61,555 nt of DNA from an uncultured Planctomycetales bacterium. Lineage in GTDB: Bacteria > Omnitrophota > Gorgyraeia > Gygaellales > JAHJCI01. Numbering within the stretch: the first letter of the stretch is position 1; every line of letters begins with the position of its first letter. Location of the stretch: assembly GCA_964592485.1 (NCBI GenBank), contig CAZQEY010000006.1, forward strand, positions 1 through 61,555. The letters run 5' to 3'. Positions 58,547-61,555 of this stretch are shown here, piece by piece. The notes below the pieces were generated by a model. It was not told the origin of the DNA. It did no database searches and saw nothing but the letters and a program-made list of their open reading frames with translations. The position numbers and the translations under genes were made by a program.

Positions 58547-59436
58547 GCTGCTGCCATTCCCTTTCTGCCCACAGCTCTAATATAGATAAAAACCGCTACC
58601 AAAATCATTGAGAGCAACAATACAGAACTGGCAGCTGATAGATATGGGTTGTTATATTCTGCATACTCTAAATAAGCATAGGTGCCGATAACCTTTAAAT
58701 TCTGGCCCATCAGAATTAGGGGAAGGGCAAAGATTCTGAAGGCATCTATACCGCGAATAATCACCGCTGCAGTAATAAAAGGTAAAAGCAAAGGAAGGGT
58801 TATGCGCCTGAATATATAAAGGCCGCTGGCCCCATCAATGCGCGCTGCACGGTATAAATCCTGGTCGATAGCCTCCAGACCCGCTAAAAGTATCAGCATC
58901 ACAATAGGGGTAACCTTCCAACAATCAGCCAGGGTAATCATTATTAAAGACCTAATACCCCCGGCCATCCAGTAGATAGGTAAATCTATCAGTGAAAGGT
59001 CAATTAATATCCGATTAATCCACCCAGAAGTGGAAAATAAATAAGTCATAATCACGCCCACAACCACAGTAGGGATAGCCAAGGGAAGGATAAATAGGAA
59101 CCTTAGAAATCTTAAGCCTTTTTGGTTATAAGACAGAATCAATGCCAGAATCAATCCCAGACTTACCTCCAGCAAAAGGCTAACCAGGGCAATAAAGACA
59201 GTATTAAGGAATGCCCTTCTGAAGCCCTCCTGAAGCAGCAATTCTTTATAGTTTAAAAGTGTAAATCCCCACATCGAAAGTTTTGATGCAGGGGTAAAAT
59301 GGGTTGCTGGATTTTGAAAACTTAAAAGTATAGTGCGCAGAATAGGCATAAGTGTAAAAAATAACAGGAATAATACAAGAGGGCTAATCAGTATTATCTC
59401 GAAGTAATACCTGTTTATGAGTCTTATGATTCGCAT
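58543..59436 (-). CDS. Carbohydrate ABC permease (MalF-like)
   Basis: CWKVTP, LYRAARIDGAS. Confidence 0.9.
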   Translation of the reverse strand: MRIIRLINRYYFEIILISPLVLFLLFFTLMPILRTILLSFQNPATHFTPASKLSMWGFTLLNYKELLLQEGFRRAFLNTVFIALVSLLLEVSLGLILALILSYNQKGLRFLRFLFILPLAIPTVVVGVIMTYLFSTSGWINRILIDLSLIDLPIYWMAGGIRSLIMITLADCWKVTPIVMLILLAGLEAIDQDLYRAARIDGASGLYIFRRITLPLLLPFITAAVIIRGIDAFRIFALPLILMGQNLKVIGTYAYLEYAEYNNPYLSAASSVLLLSMILVAVFIYIRAVGRKGMAAA

Positions 59437-59449
59437 ACTCTCTGTTTGT

Positions 59450-59503
59450 ACCCCCGCACCAATTATCTCTGAAGTTAACTATTTCAATAATTGGTGTGGG
59501 GGT
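59450..59503. repeat. CCCGCACC-armed inverted repeat overlapping the SBP stop
   Basis: ACCCCCGCACCAATTA/TAATTGGTGTGGGGGT. Confidence 0.8.
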
Positions 59504-60695
59504 AAATCGCCTTTTCTCTTTCCAGTTTCGCCTTATAGATATTTAGTGTCCGCTCAACCGGCGCGCCCTCCATAACAATCTCACGGAATGCCTCGGTTAT
59601 ATATTTCTCAAATACCGGCCACCAGGTAACATTTTCCCTGAACACACCATGTCTCAACGCCTGTTTGACCGATTCAAAATAAGGTCTTTGCCAGTCCTCA
59701 ACTTCCGCATAGGCATCTTCTCTTATAGAAGGCCAGCCGAGCTTCGAAACCAAAATCTCCTGAACCCGCTTTGACTGCATAAAAAAGATAAACTTCAGGG
59801 CGAGTTGTTTATTTTTAGAGTTCGCGGGTATGCCAAATACATCTCCTCCAATTACATGAAACTCTCCTGCCGGACCCTGCCATCCCTTATAGGTTTTTAT
59901 AAATTTAAGGTCGTATTTTTTAACCAGAATTACCACCCCGAACGGCCAGTTTGCCGCTATATAAGCCTCTTTCCTTGCCAAGATATCGTTAGTGGTATCC
60001 CATTTTGCCCTTTTTGACTCAACGCAAAGATAGGGACTAAGAGCCTGGAGGAATTTAAATGCTCTGATACAACCCCGGTCATTAAAAGAATATGGCCTTC
60101 CGCCTGCTTGAATAATGAATTCATAGACCTGAGTGGCAGTGGGATTACCGCCAAAGCCCTTGAGCAGCAACCGACCCGCTCCTTCTTCCTGCTTGAACCT
60201 TTTAGCAATTTTTATTAATTCATCCCAATCCTTAGGCGGGCTCAGATTGTACTTAGTAAATGCATCCTCATTGTAATACACAATTTGGACATTGGGTCTG
60301 AAAGGTATAAACATCAATTTACCGTTGAACTTGCCGGATTCAATTAGATTTGGCAGGATTTCTCTGGGCATCTGGTCTTCGTACTCGGATAAATCTAAAA
60401 CTAGATCCTTGTTTACCAGCGGCGCCAAATTCATATTGTCCTGGGCAAACAGGTCTATTTCTGACTTTTTAGCTAATCTCAGTGCTTCCAGCTTAGTGGC
60501 AAGCTGACCTGACCCTATCTGATAAGCCCTTATTTTTACATTGTTTCTTTTCTCAAAGATTGGGAATACTTCTTTGCGCAAGACCTTCCATTCATCTTCC
60601 CCTAGACTCATTGTAATAGTCAACACATCTGACTCAAATCGCCCACAACCGGTTAAAAAAAAGATGGATGTAAGAATGTATATAAATTTCCTCAT
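59484..60695 (-). CDS. Sugar ABC substrate-binding lipoprotein (MRKFI start preferred over 60764)
   Basis: Lipobox LTGC, GGDVFGIP, FMQS..VQ. Confidence 0.85.
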   Translation of the reverse strand: MRKFIYILTSIFFLTGCGRFESDVLTITMSLGEDEWKVLRKEVFPIFEKRNNVKIRAYQIGSGQLATKLEALRLAKKSEIDLFAQDNMNLAPLVNKDLVLDLSEYEDQMPREILPNLIESGKFNGKLMFIPFRPNVQIVYYNEDAFTKYNLSPPKDWDELIKIAKRFKQEEGAGRLLLKGFGGNPTATQVYEFIIQAGGRPYSFNDRGCIRAFKFLQALSPYLCVESKRAKWDTTNDILARKEAYIAANWPFGVVILVKKYDLKFIKTYKGWQGPAGEFHVIGGDVFGIPANSKNKQLALKFIFFMQSKRVQEILVSKLGWPSIREDAYAEVEDWQRPYFESVKQALRHGVFRENVTWWPVFEKYITEAFREIVMEGAPVERTLNIYKAKLEREKAIYPHTNY

Positions 60696-60774
60696 TGCCG
60701 ATTTCTCCAATCGGGGAAGATTCTGTATAACCTTAAACCATCCATCTTTTTCTCTAAAATACACCTTATTAGGC

Positions 60775-61554
60775 TTAAGCGGCGCTAGTTAACCTTAAGA
60801 CATCCAAATCCCTGGGCAAGATAACCCTACCGGCAAAATTCCTCTTTATCTCCTTGAGAACTGTGCTGAAAGAATACTTAACCTCGCAAGCAAAGTGAAT
60901 CGGAATTAATACCCGAGGATTTATTTCTCTGGCTATCCTGCCCAGATTCAGACTCGAGGTGTGCATATTGCTTAACTGCGGATATTTTCTGAAGAATCTC
61001 ACCGGAGCAAAACAATCATGAACCAAATAATCACAATTCCGAGCAGCTTCAATCAAATCTGTGCTGCTGGCAGTATCGCCGGAATAAACTAAACTTACTT
61101 TGCTTTTATTAAAACAAAACTTAAACCCTAAGGAATCGGGAGAATGTTTTACATCAAATGCCCACGCTGAGATACTCCCTGAATTATAGAACGGCTTCCC
61201 AAGATTAGCTTTTACCTTTTTATAGATAATCTTAGGAAATTTTTTTGCATCCTCTAATTTGAAGAGTCTTCTTATATCTCTAACTAAATTAATTGTATCG
61301 GGATGAGCAAATATTCTTATTTGGTCATTTAGTTTATATCGGGAGTGCAATAAGGACACTACTCCATACAGATGGTCAGGGTGACTATGGGTAATAAAGA
61401 TATTTTGAATTTGGCGGTAGTCAGTGTTAAGTTTGGACAGTTTTACCAATAAGCTGCCGGGGGTGTCAATTAAAATTCCCTGCCTGCCTTCCTGCAATAA
61501 TATCGAGGCATTATCGCGATCCTGAGAGGCAACTGCTGCTGCGGTTCCTAAAAA
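60775..61554 (-). CDS. rnz: Ribonuclease Z-like metallo-beta-lactamase, 5' end outside window
   Basis: Frame stays open upstream of 61497 (FLGTAAAVASQDRDNASILL); THSHPDH, YSGDT, HDC, HTS, PIHF. Confidence 0.8.
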   Translation of the reverse strand, partial: FLGTAAAVASQDRDNASILLQEGRQGILIDTPGSLLVKLSKLNTDYRQIQNIFITHSHPDHLYGVVSLLHSRYKLNDQIRIFAHPDTINLVRDIRRLFKLEDAKKFPKIIYKKVKANLGKPFYNSGSISAWAFDVKHSPDSLGFKFCFNKSKVSLVYSGDTASSTDLIEAARNCDYLVHDCFAPVRFFRKYPQLSNMHTSSLNLGRIAREINPRVLIPIHFACEVKYSFSTVLKEIKRNFAGRVILPRDLDVLRLTSAA

Positions 61555-61555
61555 G

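Noticed and set aside
972-60792. Short antisense and overlapping ORFs in the ORF track (e.g. 972-1253, 2008-2283, 41379-41756, 44775-45194)
   Set aside because: Shadows of well-supported opposite-strand genes, with no motifs or RBS
1-61555. CRISPR array, rRNA, intact integrase or transposase
   Set aside because: No regularly spaced repeat-spacer series, no rRNA-like tract and no intact recombinase ORF seen
1-61555. Selenocysteine or pyrrolysine read-through in the redox genes
   Set aside because: Active-site motifs (CPYC, CATC, CRPC) use Cys codons and no in-frame TGA/TAG splits a recognisable domain

Overview
Bacterial chromosomal window. Gene content and synteny suggest Candidatus Omnitrophota/PVC (inference, not tested). 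Nearly all genes are on the minus strand. (1) 1-17.1 kb is a housekeeping run, in transcription order: Trx/DsbD-like, DUF1573, lysS, lolE, lolD, ilvE, mcsA, mcsB, clpC, mlaE/F/D, radA, PIN-TRAM, ispD, ispF, cysE. (2) About 17.2-37.1 kb is a visibly AT-richer accessory mosaic: TPM-TPR-DUF1266 lipoprotein, LemA and RAYT remnants, a radical SAM/HemN-like/hydrolase trio, a YtrA-GntR ABC module, a phospholipid cassette bracketed by 127-bp inverted repeats, and a frameshifted gene. Module junctions carry a repeated 41-nt hairpin. (3) A tRNA-Asn(GUU) gene is split inside the anticodon (position 35/36) by a 257-nt group I intron. (4) A compact RiPP-like cluster follows: B12 radical SAM, NHLP-like precursor with a Cys-free Val/Ala-rich cationic core, and a SPASM/twitch radical SAM. 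(5) MacAB-TolC with an AbrB-type regulator. (6) A 17-gene Rrf2-led oxidative-stress/metal cluster. (7) A sugar ABC transporter and RNase Z. A family of REP-like hairpins is spread across the window. They share shape (tandem G.A mismatch, covarying stems, often GNA loops) more than sequence, and they occur in gene ends, lysS, intergenic spacers and the intron P1 loop. No tools were used, so family assignments are from motif recognition only.
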